Source of the DNA: Isurus oxyrinchus
Lineage: Eukaryota
Assembly (NCBI GenBank): GCA_026770705.1
Contig: JANJGN010000036.1
Location: 1,674,001 to 1,738,000, forward strand
Direction: 5' to 3'
DNA: 64,000 bases
The translations under genes were made by a program, and so were the position numbers. Positions 1-12,015 of the stretch are shown here, one piece after another. Each line of letters opens with the position of its first letter. Within the stretch, counting starts at the first letter, position 1. The notes beneath the pieces were generated by a model that was not told the origin of the DNA, searched no databases, and saw only the letters and a program-made list of their open reading frames with translations.

Positions 1-689
1 GTGTCTGTGAGCGCATGTTTGTGTCTGCATTTATGTTTGAAAGAGAGAGGGAGACTGATAAGTAATTCATGACTATACAGAACATTCAAGCCTGACATCG
101 GATTGGATGTCAAAAATCTCTCGTGAACACGATCAAGTTTGAAAAAAGTTAATGATTAATTGAAGAGTTCCAAACGATTCTTGTTTCTACATTTCTTCGG
201 CCCATATTTTCATTCATTTTCCTAAATTGGACCACTGGCTTAATATTTAGAGTAGTCCATTGGGTATAAATCGCTTTGGGGCGTTCTGAGGATGTTATAG
301 ATATCATGGAATCAGAGATTTCTAGAGCATAGAAAGAGGCCATTTGGTCCATCGACCTTACGTCGCTCTTTGAAATAGTTATCTAATTAGTCCCACTCCC
401 TAGCAAACTCCATAGCTCTGATATGGCGGCCACCCGCCACCCCGATCAAATATTTATCCATTTTCCCCTTTGAAAAATCCCATTGAACCCGCTTCCACGT
501 ATTCACCAACACGGGGGGTGGGGTGGGGGGGGGTGGGGGGAGTTCCAATCCAAATCAATCCAGTTCTCATTTCTGGATCTGAAGGGGCCTGATGCCATGT
601 TAAAATTTGTCCTCTGCTGAGGAATGAAATCGCCTCTAAATAAACACTAATGGAAAAAATGTGTTGGAAAGACAGATTGAGTCACTTAC

Positions 690-727
690 TCCCAATATTC
701 AGGGCCGGCGCAGCCTCCGACGGTCCA
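690..727 (-). pseudogene. Ig light-chain J segment relic (type I/sigma-cart-like)
   Basis: Minus strand reads TGG ACC GTC GGA GGC TGC GCC GGC C CTG AAT ATT GGG A|GTAAGT = WTVGGCAG/LNIG, a decayed WTFGxGTxLNLG with a 1-nt frameshift and a perfect splice donor; about 350 bp downstream of the V-RSS. Confidence 0.7.
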
Positions 728-766
728 CAAGGAGCGGTTTTGCAATGGGACTAGTCGCCTATAACC
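728..766 (-). other. Degenerate J-side RSS (23-bp spacer type)
   Basis: Nonamer-like GGTTATAGG (766-758), 23 nt, heptamer-like CTCCTTG (734-728) directly before J; alternatively CCTTGTG (732-726) with a 25-nt spacer. Confidence 0.45.
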
Positions 767-1055
767 CCAGCTGGGGGCAAAACAGAGATTGAAATGTTAA
801 TAATCTTCCCATGAATACATCCCATGTCGCATTTTGTCTTTCAAATGGACTGTAGCCAGAGAGGTACTTCCAAAATAGCACGAATCCCTGAGATTATTCA
901 CCTGGGTAATAGTGAGAATTAATACTCGCTAAATGCAAGGAAACAATTGGAAATTCAGTTACATTTCCAAGTAAATGACACAAGGATTATTTTTGAAGAT
1001 GATTGCACATTCCCAGTCCAGTGGCTGTTCTAATTCTGAGATATTTTCTACATAC

Positions 1056-1083
1056 AGTTTTTATACGGCCCTGTCTCACTGAT
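1056..1083 (-). other. V-side RSS with 12-bp spacer
   Basis: ATCAGTG (1083-1077) + AGACAGGGCCGT (12 nt) + ATAAAAACT (1064-1056); consensus CACAGTG-12-ACAAAAACC; the critical CAC is mutated. Confidence 0.8.
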
Positions 1084-1413
1084 TATCCCTGCTGAGCTCT
1101 GCCGGACCTGACAGCAAAGACGGCGGCGTCATCCGGATCCAGCTTAAGATGCCCAGAATGAAATTGTTACTGGGGGTATCTGTAGAAGATTGAAATCGGT
1201 TCCTGAAGCGGTACGTCAATTGGTGCCACCACGTGTACTGTGATATAGCAGCCGGACTGGATTGTAACCTGATCACTGACGGTAGCAGTTCACGCTGTAG
1301 CTGCCCACACAGCCGTCCTGAGTCCCATACTGTCCATGAGCGGTCTGACCAGCGGAGACTGGGTCAGAAATTGGGGACAGATTGTGAACAGAAAGAAAAA
1401 AATAATTATGAAC
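1084..1413 (-). pseudogene. Ig light-chain V segment pseudogene, shark type I (NS5/sigma-cart)
   Basis: Frame-stitched translation SPISDPVSAGQTAHGQYGTQDGCVGSYSVNCYRQ*SGYNPVRLLYHSTRGGTN*/FRNRFQSSTDTPSNNFILGI/LDPDDAAVF/CQVRQSSAG follows the type I L-chain V pattern (PISDPVSAG, VGSY, WYRQ, HSTSG, DTSSN.ILTI, DxAVYYC); stops and frameshifts; CAG acceptor at 1416-1414. Confidence 0.85.
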
Positions 1414-1485
1414 CTGGCCGTTAATGCATCAGTAAATATATGTGCAATACAATCCAGATCTCGGTATTTAACGGATTCCAAGTGA

Positions 1486-1537
1486 CCAAAAAAAGAAAGA
1501 GTCCACAAGAAATGCAGCACTGTACAAGGAGCAGCAT
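1486..1537 (-). pseudogene. Putative leader exon of the IgL V pseudogene
   Basis: ATG at 1537 gives MLLLVQCCISCGLFLFL followed by a GT, about 75 nt upstream of the V acceptor. Confidence 0.45.
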
Positions 1538-1622
1538 TTTCGACGGAGCAGCACCAACAGCAGCGGCCGACATTTCCCATTGCAAAGATCGCTATGAACT
1601 CCAAGAGCTGCTCTGGATAAAA

Positions 1623-2780
1623 CCATAAGACTATAAGACATAGGAGCAGAAATTAGGCCATTCGGCCAATCGAGTATTCTCTGCCATTCAATCAAGGCTG
1701 ATGAGGTTCTCAACCCCTTTCGCCCGCCTTCGCCCCGTAACCTTTGATCCCCTTACCAATCAAGAACCTCTCTATCTCCATCTTAAATACACTCAATGAC
1801 CAGGCCTCCACAGCCTTCTGTGGCAATAAATTCCGTTGATTCACCGCTCTCTTGCTGAAGAACTTTCTCCTCATCTCTGTTCTAAAAGGTCTTCCCTTTA
1901 CTCTGAGGCTGTGCCCTCGGGTCCTAGTCTCTCCTACTAATGGAAATATCTTCCCCATGGCCACTCTATCCAGGCATTTCAGTATTCTGTAAATTTCAAT
2001 CAAATCCCCCAACATCCTTCTAAACACCATCGAGTATAGACCCAGAGTCCTCAAGCGTCCTCATATGTTAAGCCTTTCATTCTTGCGATCATTCTTGTGA
2101 ACCTCCTGTGGACCCTCTCCACGGCCAGAACATCCTTCCTGAGGTTTGGGGCCCAAAATTGCTCAAAATATTCTAAATGTGGTCTGACCAGAGCATTTTA
2201 AAGCTTCAGCAGCACATCCCTGCTTTTAAATTCTAGTCCTCTCGAAATAAATGCCAACATTGCATTTGCCTTCCTAAATACCGACTCAACCTGCAAGTAA
2301 CCTTAAAAGAATCCTGGACTAGGAATGCCAAATCCCTTTGCACTCCAGATTTCTGAATTCTCTCCCCATTTAGAAAATAGTCTATGTCGCTATTCTTCCT
2401 ACCAAAGTGCATGACCTCACACTTCCCCACGTTGTATACCTTCTGCCACTTCTTTGCCGATTCTCCTAACCTGTCCAAATCCTTCTGCAGCTTCCCCGTC
2501 TCCAGAATACTACTTGGATCCGGTGACGGAAGGAGCAGATTCTCTGGCTCTATTTCTGAACAACAAATAAGGAACTGGAGTCGGCCTCTCGACCACAGCA
2601 ACCCAGCCTCTGCTGGTCGAGCTTGCGCCTCCATTCAATAAGATCAGGGATGACCGGATTTTAACAACAACCCCGCACTCCTGATAATCTTTTACCCCCT
2701 TGTTTACCAAAAATCTATCTAGCGCTGTCTTAAAAATACTCAAAAACCTCTCTTCCATCGCCGTTTGAGGCATGTAAATG
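1623..2780 (-). mobile_element. CR1-type LINE 3' fragments (two adjacent)
   Basis: LQKDLDRLGESAKKWQKVYNVGKCEVMHFG and GDLIEIYRILK...TRTRGHSLRV...RRKFFS are CR1 ORF2 C-terminal motifs; short tandem tail (ATAAGAC) at 1625-1640. Confidence 0.9.
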
Positions 2781-3149
2781 AATAGGAGCTGCCAGGAAAA
2801 TAATGTAGGCAAAGCTATAGCCCTTCTTTTTTTTTATCTATTTCTGGATGATGAAATTATTTTTTAAAACTTAACATTTGATTTATAAATGTTTAACCAC
2901 CGATTACAATTTGTGTTTTCAACATGTTGCAATATTCCAAAGGTCGGTGCATTCAATTAATGTTATTCCTGTGAGAAATATCTCACTTCACTGTTATTCA
3001 CCAAATGTTTATTAACATTCCAGTTAACATTTCCAGGCAGCCCATTTATCAACAATTTAATTCATTTTTCCTTGGACCTCAAGTAATTGATGCAAATTAG
3101 ATTGAATCTCATTCCCAAAAGAGAAGTGCAGAGTCAATGCAGAGTGATT

Positions 3150-3560
3150 GGGATTCATACAAAACAGAGTTGAAGTCATTACAGTGTCTTATTGAAACAA
3201 ATACGATTCTGAGGGGCTTGACAGAGCGGCTGCTGGCGTTTCCCCTCGTGGGGGAATCTAGAACTGGAGAGACTGTTACAGGAAAAGAGATCTCCTATTT
3301 CAGGCAAGACATGGAGGAATTTCCTCTCTCAGAGGGTCCTTGGGCTTTTAAACTCAGTTTCCAATTTAGTAGTTGAGGCTGGCTCATTGAATATATTCAA
3401 AACTGAGTTATACAGATTTTTGATTGCCAAAGGATTCAAGGTTAATTGCGGACAGCCAGGAACATTGATTTCAGGTCATATTCAGATCAAACCTGACAGG
3501 CAGAAAAGGCTCGAAGGGCCCCCCAAAAAAACATTCCTAGTTCTTGTGCTCTTAGGTCCC
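3150..3560 (+). mobile_element. CR1 LINE 3' fragment
   Basis: LIETNTILRGL...FPLVGESRT, NIFKTELYRFL motifs. Confidence 0.75.
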
Positions 3561-4499
3561 AAAAACTTCTGAGCCTGCCATCGATTTAGCTGCAACAGGG
3601 TTTGAAGTAGGGAATTTGCATGCATTACTCCGATGCAGTTTAAAGGCCATGTTATTTAAAAATAACTAGTCAAGTTTCATCGGTCGGTTTGCTTTTTAAA
3701 ATGAGTGACTAGGACTATAATATGTCAGTTTCACTCTGATGTGTAGCAGGGTTTATAATGTTGTGTTCACCTTTTTTCAGTTGAACCAAGAATTCAGGAA
3801 GGAACAGTCTGATATCCCAATGATTCAGGGTGAATGGAATCAGCTAAACAACATCGTTGTATTCCACACCTCGTGTTACTGGGGTAAGACAGATTCATTA
3901 TTATCTTTGTCGTTGCTGAAATTGACACTAAGTGACTGGAGAAACAAACACTCCGATCAAATTCCACCACTTAGAAGGACAAAGGCATCACATGAATGGG
4001 AACGCCAACATCTGCAACTTCCCAACCAACCAACAATACATCCTGACTTGCAACTATATTGCCATTACTTCACTGTCACTGGGGCAAAATCCTGGAACTC
4101 TCTTCCCTACAGCACTGTGGATATGCGTGCACCACATGGGCTGCAGCAAGTGATGAAGGGATAACGAATACACGCTGTCCGAGCCATTGATTCTCACAAG
4201 TAAGAATTAATTATACAATTACTTAGAATAATGGAAGACACTGGTTTGGAATTGGATAGGATAAAAATAGATGAAATGGAAGTACTTTCGAGGATGAAAG
4301 ACACCATGCCCAGATGAGAAGCATCCTAGATACGTGAGGAAAATTAGGGTCGAAATTACATACCACAATTTTCCATTCATCCTTGGATGCGGGAACCCTA
4401 TTAGGCGACTTGTACATGGGGAAGTCACACCAAGGCTTGAAAAATTGGAGAAGGATAAACCTGACTCCTGCCGGCCTTCAAAATAATGCTGGTCATGGG

Positions 4500-5240
4500 G
4501 ATGCTGATCGAGACGGAATTACTTGGCAATCAGCAAAGTATGAATTAATAAGTGAAAGTCAGCAGGAATTTGTTAAAGGCATATTATGTTTGACTATGCC
4601 GATCGAGTTCTTTGATGAAGTAACGTAAAGTGTTGATGGCGGCAGTGTGGTTGATTTTGTGCATCGGGAATTTTAAAGGCAGTTGGCAAAGCCTAAAATT
4701 ATAAACTTGTTGGAATAATGGAAGAATCAAAGGGAGAGCAGTAACATGGGTACAAGATCGTCTAAGGTAAAAGCAGAGAGCAGTGATAAACCGTTATTTC
4801 TTAGCTTGATGGAGACGGACAGTAAATTTATCTGAAGTTAGTATTTTTTAACAGTTTTTACCAACCTGGTCTTTGTTTCACAGGGCATGATTATAAAGTT
4901 TTGAAATGACAGTTAACTTGGTAATGAAATAAATGATTAGCAGAATCGTAATAGGCTTCAGGGGGCATAGACGCTTAGCAGTTAAAATTTAACGCAGAAA
5001 TGAAGAGTTACATTTTGGTGAGAACACTTGGTACAGATTGAGAAGCAAGTTCAGGGATAAAGAGGCCCCCAGCTACATGTGCCACTGCTTTGAAGGTGGC
5101 AGGAAAAATGTAGGATGTCGTATAAAAAATTGAATTATAGAATTAGTTGCAAGGGAATTGAATATAAAATGATGGAAGTTCCATGAAACTTTTAGAAAAC
5201 ACAGGTCAAGCTGCAGTTTGACAGAATCGATAAGTCCACA
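4500..5240 (+). mobile_element. Highly decayed CR1 reverse-transcriptase fragment
   Basis: LISESQQEFVKGILCLTMPIEFFDEVT resembles CR1 RT SQHGFxKGxSCLTNLIEFFEEVT. Confidence 0.7.
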
Positions 5241-7369
5241 TAGCCAACTGTGTTTGGGGACTGCTGAAAAGCAGCTGATCCGTGCAAATGGGGAGTTGCC
5301 CTCCGTCCGCTTGTTAACCGGTTGATCCAGGCTCACGGGCAGTTTATGCTCACCTGGTTGAAAAGCTGCTGGCACTAGTTGCCCGCTCATCGGTTGCGAC
5401 CGGTTAGAACCTCGGGTTCACTCCCGGTTAAACCTTGTGACCCGTAATTTTGTGACCCCGCACCCTCACCCGCTCTGACCTATTCTGAGATTATTGTTAT
5501 GACAGTGATGTGCGTGGGATTAAGTGTGAAGACACTGGCTGAGCTAGGTTACAAGTTTGTTGCGGGAATATTGAATTAAGTCAAAATAAATGCTGTGTGA
5601 ATTTTATATTTTAAATGCTCCACGAATTCTTAATCAACCAGAAGACGGGTGAAGTAAACCTTACAAGTGCGGGCAAGATGTGCAGAATTGTAACTAAACT
5701 CTTGATGAGGAACCTGAAAGACACAGTTGCCGACTTCTAACCTGCATTTTAAAAACAGAAATTTTATTAAATTATGACTGATCTGCAGTATAACTCAATT
5801 TATAAATCCTGGTTCATAACGCTTAATCCCCATGCACAACAAAAATCTTCTATTCGCAGATTTGACATTTTCATTAGACTCTCACTCCACACCACAATAA
5901 CCAACTGGCAGCCGCAGAGCTGGGCACAATTTATTGCGTTCATTGGATGTGGGCATTGCAGACTAGGGACGAATTTATTGTGTATCGGTAATTGCGCTTG
6001 AGATGGTTTTGCTGAGCTGTCTGAAGACATTTGCTTCTCTCCAACTGCATGGTCCCAATGCCTCGGATAGTAGACCAACTAACAAATTTAATTTTCTTAA
6101 ACTTTTCATAGTGCACAGACAGCTCCAAAAGTAAGCTATCATCTTACTCACCTCATCTACATCTTTCTTTCACTAAAATACCCGATTGATATTTTCTATG
6201 AACAATGTTTGTTTGTTTGTTTTTGCTTTGATCCAACGTCTGACGCTTTACAATTTCAAAATTATCCCAGATTCAATTCGCAGTGACAAGCGCTTTCCCT
6301 GCTCAATTTATTCCTCTTCAAATTAACCTTTATTTACACTCCCCAGAAGCCACCTAGACTGTGTTTCTCCATTAGCTTTTATATTTGAAAGTTAACATTT
6401 GATTACCCCTTTAAAAATAAGCTAAATTTCACTTTCAGTGTTTGAAATAGCAACTCACATCAATTTATTATATGCATTCAAAATTCAGAAACAGTTATGC
6501 CAAAGACTGTCGGCTTTATACATTTGTTTTATATGGGAGACACACAGGCTTGCTATCTGTTTGGAGAAAGTTTACACATTTCCATTTCTCCAACAGTTTT
6601 CCTCGGAAGGTAACTAATTACCTGCATGGTTATGGTCGGGGCTATGAAAGGCAAATACCTTATTCAAAACTGTCAGCATACTGCGATTTAATTCTCAAAA
6701 CTGCTGGATTCCTTGCTGCACCCGCAGTATTAATGTGGAGCTGGGAACGATCGTCACCAATTGCCAAAAACTCAAACAATCCATTGTGTCTTTAGTTGGG
6801 AGTCCAGTGTGTATATCTATAAAATTAGAATATTTACATGTAATAATGTGCATGATATGAAGTTACATTAGCAAGACAAAAAGTTGTGTAGTTTTTTTTT
6901 TAGAAAGTGCCTAATAGAAAAAAAGGGTTAAATTAGCGGCTGTTTTTCAGGGGCCGGAGGAACATTTGCACAATACTGTGTCACTTTTTTTTTACCCAAT
7001 GTTGTTGTTTTGTAAGTTTCCCATAGATAAAGAGCAATGCTCTATTTTAAACTGTTTCCTTTTCCTAAATACGTTTGTTTTCTTTTCCCTTCCACTTTTA
7101 TGAACAAAGAAGTAAACTTTCAGGCGAAAACAAAACCTTCAACGTTGGAACCTTTACCTGTAGAAAAGAGGACATAAACTTTCCAGTAGCTGTTTTGTTT
7201 GTGCTCTTTTTTCTTTCTTAAAGTAATGTTTAAGCTTCCATGTTTGCCAATTAACCTCACAGGCTAAGGGTCTTTAATATATATCTTGAAGCTGTAAAAA
7301 AGAGTACATTGTATACACTCCAATAAAATCAAAGCAGCTGCTCGAGGAATGCGCCATGTCTCTCAACAA

Positions 7370-7640
7370 AAACACACACACAAGCTCAGTCACACACGAA
7401 CACATTCACGAAAGAAAACCGTACAAAGATGCAGTCTCTCTCTTTCACACACATACACACTCACAAATTCAAACACATACATACACGCACACACACAGAG
7501 TTAGTCACACACATCAACACACATTAGCAGGCACACACAGTTACACACACACACACACACACACACACATAAACACACAAACACTTACAGTCGCACACAT
7601 GAACAGACATACACTTAGTCACACACATACACACACACAT
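7370..7640. repeat. Imperfect (CA)n microsatellite
   Basis: Direct sequence; similar CA/TG tracts at 13130-13270, 27230-27470, 36980-37240, 47490-47560, 51410-51510, 63350-63424. Confidence 0.95.
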
Positions 7641-8623
7641 CTTAAAATTCTGAGCTGCACTTTGAAAAAATAATTTTTTGACAATTTAACCCCATTTTGA
7701 AGGATGTTAGGTTTAGAATTATGTATCTACTGTATGTCAAACTAACTATTTATTTCTGTTTCTATCGCGCTACCTATGCATCTCTATTTGTCTCAGTGCT
7801 CATTTTCGCGTTATCCGTGATCAAGACGAACTTAGTTACTTAACGAATGTGGACAAAGTGGAACTCGTTCCCACAGGGTGTGTTTGAGGTGAATAGCGGA
7901 GCTGCATTTAAGGGGGAAGCTGGACAAACGCACGGGCGAGAAAGGAACAGAATGATATGTTGATGGGGGTGAGATGAAGATGTCGTAGAAGCGATTTCGT
8001 GTGGGGTATAAAAACTAGCATGGTGAAGTAAGCCGAATCGCCTGTTCCTGTGCTGTACGTTCTGTGCAGCGCTTTGCAAGTTCAAACGAATCCATATGAA
8101 TTGTCATGTTCAGAGGTAGCATGGAAATTGAACGACATGAGCGAGAAATATTATCTTTAACCAGAAAGTCCTGATATAATGAATCACTGGCAGAATTCGT
8201 TCTGAGTTGAGCTGAGAATATTCTGGCAGACTGTATATCAGAACTCTTTATGCAGAAATGCTAAGACTTAACCAACGACTAAGCCAGCCAGGGGACTTGA
8301 GACACAAGGACAGCGAGATTGACAGCAGAGGCTCACTGACTGTAACCGCGGCTGCTGCTGTGATCCAGCCAGAGGCGTCTCTCTCACAATCCATTGAGTT
8401 CGGAGTGTGAAATGTACATCGAGTGGCGGAAATCGCAGGACTACATTCTGAGCAACTTGCACTAACCTCGTAAAATAATACTCCAGCCAAAGGCCCCTGT
8501 GGTTACCCTCGCTTTACAATTCAGGTCTCACCTGTAGAACTATCTGCAAAGTTCCAGCAGTGAAACTTAATGTCAAACCGCAGGTACAAGAAGGTTTGTC
8601 AGAGGACCGATTCATAGAATCAT

Positions 8624-8782
8624 NNNNNNNNNNNNNNNNNNNNNNNNNNNNNNNNNNNNNNNNNNNNNNNNNNNNNNNNNNNNNNNNNNNNNNNNNNNNN
8701 NNNNNNNNNNNNNNNNNNNNNNNNNNNNNNNNNNNNNNNNNNNNNNNNNNNNNNNNNNNNNNNNNNNNNNNNNNNNNNNNNN
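8624..8782. other. Assembly gap (159 N)
   Basis: Run of N. Confidence 1.
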
Positions 8783-8979
8783 GTCTCTTCAAGAGAAACT
8801 CAACTGCACAGAAAGCAGCACATTAACCTCATTCAGAGTGTCTCTTCCACATGACAGCGAGCCTTGCTTATACGTATTGGTTGGTGTTTGAAAAGCATTA
8901 AATGATGCCTTGGTTTTATTCCTAAATGATGCGGCCCCACGAACGGACTCAGAGGTATTACGGTGTACATACCATCTAC

Positions 8980-9290
8980 TCACGGGCAGCAGTGCAACAA
9001 CTCGCCAAGGCTGCCACTGCCCAGAAAGACAAGGACAGCAAACACATAGGAACATCTGCAATTTGCCCAATAAGTCAAACACCATCCTGACTTGAAAGTC
9101 GATTCTTCATTGTCTCTGGGTCAACAACCAGGAAATCCCTTCCTAAGAACAGTGTTGGTGTGACCACACCACATGGACTGCAACGGTTAAAGGAGGCAGC
9201 TCGCCTCCAACTTCTCAAGTGGAAACAAGGCGAGGCGATATATTTTGCCCCAGCCAGCGACGCTCACGTCCCGGTAAGGACGAAATAATG
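8980..9290 (+). mobile_element. Interspersed retroelement 3'-tail repeat
   Basis: Shared core CATCCTGACTTG...CACTGGG(T/G)CAAAATCCTGGAAC...CCACATGGACTGCA; related copies at about 3960-4200 (+), 11310-11560 (+), 48760-49400 (-), 55070-55370 (-). Confidence 0.7.
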
Positions 9291-11960
9291 TTTAGTCGAG
9301 TCTTAGCTTTGGTAAAAACGATGAAGTGAAGATTCTTACAAACATTTCACTCACTGTCCTCCAGTTTCACTTCTCCAAAGGGTTTGCTCATTACAGTTCA
9401 TCACAGACTGTCTCTGTCCGGCATTAATTCCCCCTGAGAATTATTTTCAATTAAACCCTAAAGCGGCTCTTTAGGGAAACCGGCAACGTTCCGCTGGGAA
9501 TGGCGGCCGTCATAATTCTTTATTCCCGAGGTTAATAACAAATTACAGACATTTATAACAGAGATGAGGTGTAATTTATTCTCTCAGAGGGTCGTGAATA
9601 TTTGGAAAACTCTTCTTGAAAAGGAGTTGGAAGCAGAGTCTTTGAATATTTTTTTACGGCAGAGGTGGATAGATTCTCGATGATCTGGAGGGGTTGATAG
9701 GTTATCGGGGGTAGGTGGGATGCAGATTTACGGTTACTCTCAGATTAGTCATGATCCTAGTAAATGGTGAAGCAGGCTCCACGCGCCGAATGGCCTACAC
9801 CTGCTCCATGATTAAATTTTCGTCTGTCCTCTCGCCATTCGGTGTTTAGATTCGCTTCCTTATTCCAGCAATTAAAAAAAAAAATGTCTACAGCTACTAA
9901 CCAGTGGAAAAACGGTTTAAGGCGAATTTTTCAGAAATAAGGATGGTAAATCAACAGAACAGACGTGGTCATTTTAAGGATAAAACAAAAACTCCGGAAA
10001 GACAACTCTCGACCACCGTTGGTTTGTGTGAGCCGATACCTCCTCTGCCGATTTGCAATTGAGCTGCTCACTCAACGTGAGAATATGGGAAATTGACTTC
10101 CGTCCAAACCCAGTAAATAGAGGCCTCAGGTTCTTATCTGTTTCTGACGCTGATCAAACGGTTCTTTCCTTCAGTCTGTGAAATATTCTAAAGTAAGTTG
10201 TTTCTGATGGAGTTGCTTGTGATCTCTGTGACAATTATGCTAACTATGCATTGAGGTTCATTTGTGGGGGAGTATAATTGAGAAGCAGATAAGGTATGCT
10301 TTAATGTGCAAGCTTTGAGAGAATGTAATTTAGCAGTACTCGACATAAATTATACTGTAATGAGTTTGTACAAGGTTCTTGATACAACTGTTTTTAACAC
10401 AAAGACTGGATAATTGGATGATCGGTATGTGCGTTGCTTTCAGTTTTCATTGCTAATCTCATACTCCTCATAACACAAGTAATGTGGAGACCAAGGAATC
10501 ATTGCGCAAATGCCTCCACCCCCATTTTATAAACATGGTATAAAGGCGCTGTCGAAGGGGCAAACAGGATTTTTAATGATGATGCCAGAGGTGAGAGGGT
10601 GTAATGACCAGGAAAGTCGGAACAGCCTGGGACTCTCTCTGGAAACGAGGAGGCGAGGGGTGAACTAAAAGTTATGAAAGTGTTGCAGACTGTAGAGGTA
10701 AATAAAGAGATGTAATTAATGAGGACGGCATAACTGAGTTTCGCCATTATGAGATATTCACTAATTACACCTATACAGAATTCAGCAGAAGCTACTATAG
10801 CCATAGAGTGGGGAGACTGTGGGACTCGCTACCATAGAGTTTACTGGGACTGAATAGCAGAGATGCATTTCAGGGGAACCTGGATAAACTCATAAGGGAG
10901 AAACCAATAGATGCATAGTGTCTGAGATGAAGAGGGGGTGGGCGGAGGGTCATGTGGACCAAATAGTAGAGCGCAAAGCCAGTTGGGTCAGTTCCTGTTC
11001 TGTAAATTCTGTGCAGGTCTACAAACTGTAATATACAAGGTGCTGAACATGTATTGCTAAAAAAAAATAGTCAACACTATGCATTGAATTTTACAGTGAA
11101 CCCTTATGGCGGACATGAGACTCGTAATTAAATTTCAAAACAACCGCACGCCATTCATCCCATATTTCACAGTCTCTCTGTGAAGCAGGTTGTAACAAAA
11201 TCTTGTACAACCTCTTCACAGGATATAACTCACTGAGTAATATTATTTTATATTCTGTTTTCCTGGCTGTCACCGTAAAGCTCTCGAACTCTACCACCTC
11301 GAAAGAAAAAGACAGCAGATTCTTAAGAACACCACCGGATGCAAATTCCTCTCCAAACCACACATCCAACTGACTGGGGAATATATCGACCTTTCCTTCA
11401 CTGCCACTGGGTCGAAATCATGGAACACCAAACATAAAAGCCTACACGAGTGTGCCTACATGACTTGGAATGCAACGGTTCAGGATGGCGTCTCACCACC
11501 ACCTTCTCAAGAGGCAACTTAGGTTAGATAATAATTGTCAGGGACTCGCATGACCCTAGAAGGACTTAAAAGGTCTTAAACCTCAACGGAATACGTTATT
11601 ATTCAGCACATTGACAAACGCCGGCATCCACGTCTTTTGCTTTCTGTTGCCCTTTCTGAGAGAGGTATTACTAAAGCTGTTTATTAATGATCCGAATTGT
11701 GGACTCCTGTGTCATAAACGACTCCATAACTTTATACATTGTGGTACTTGCAGGTGTTTAATCACCGATGCACAGAACCTGACCGCAAATACGTAAAATG
11801 CATGAGGCATGAGATCCATCAGCACACCGCACGCTCAGGGGTTGACTCGTCATCGTTCCCACCTCATTTGACAATGCAACAACTAACTGGGAGTCAGCTC
11901 AGGTTAGACTTCTCCTGCAGGATCGTAAAAGCGGGAATAGGGAGAACTGAGCGCGTCAAG

Positions 11961-12015
11961 ATGCCCAAGACATCTTTATCCCTGATGCTCATTTTCCAAG
12001 TGCTGCGGGTTTCTG
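11961..12015 (+). CDS. A1 leader exon
   Basis: ATG..TCT G|GTGAG, 55 nt; same length and similar sequence in paralogue A2. Confidence 0.9.

Noticed and set aside
9895-9972. Possible minus-strand leader exon upstream of A1
   Set aside because: In-frame stop and no recognisable V exon downstream
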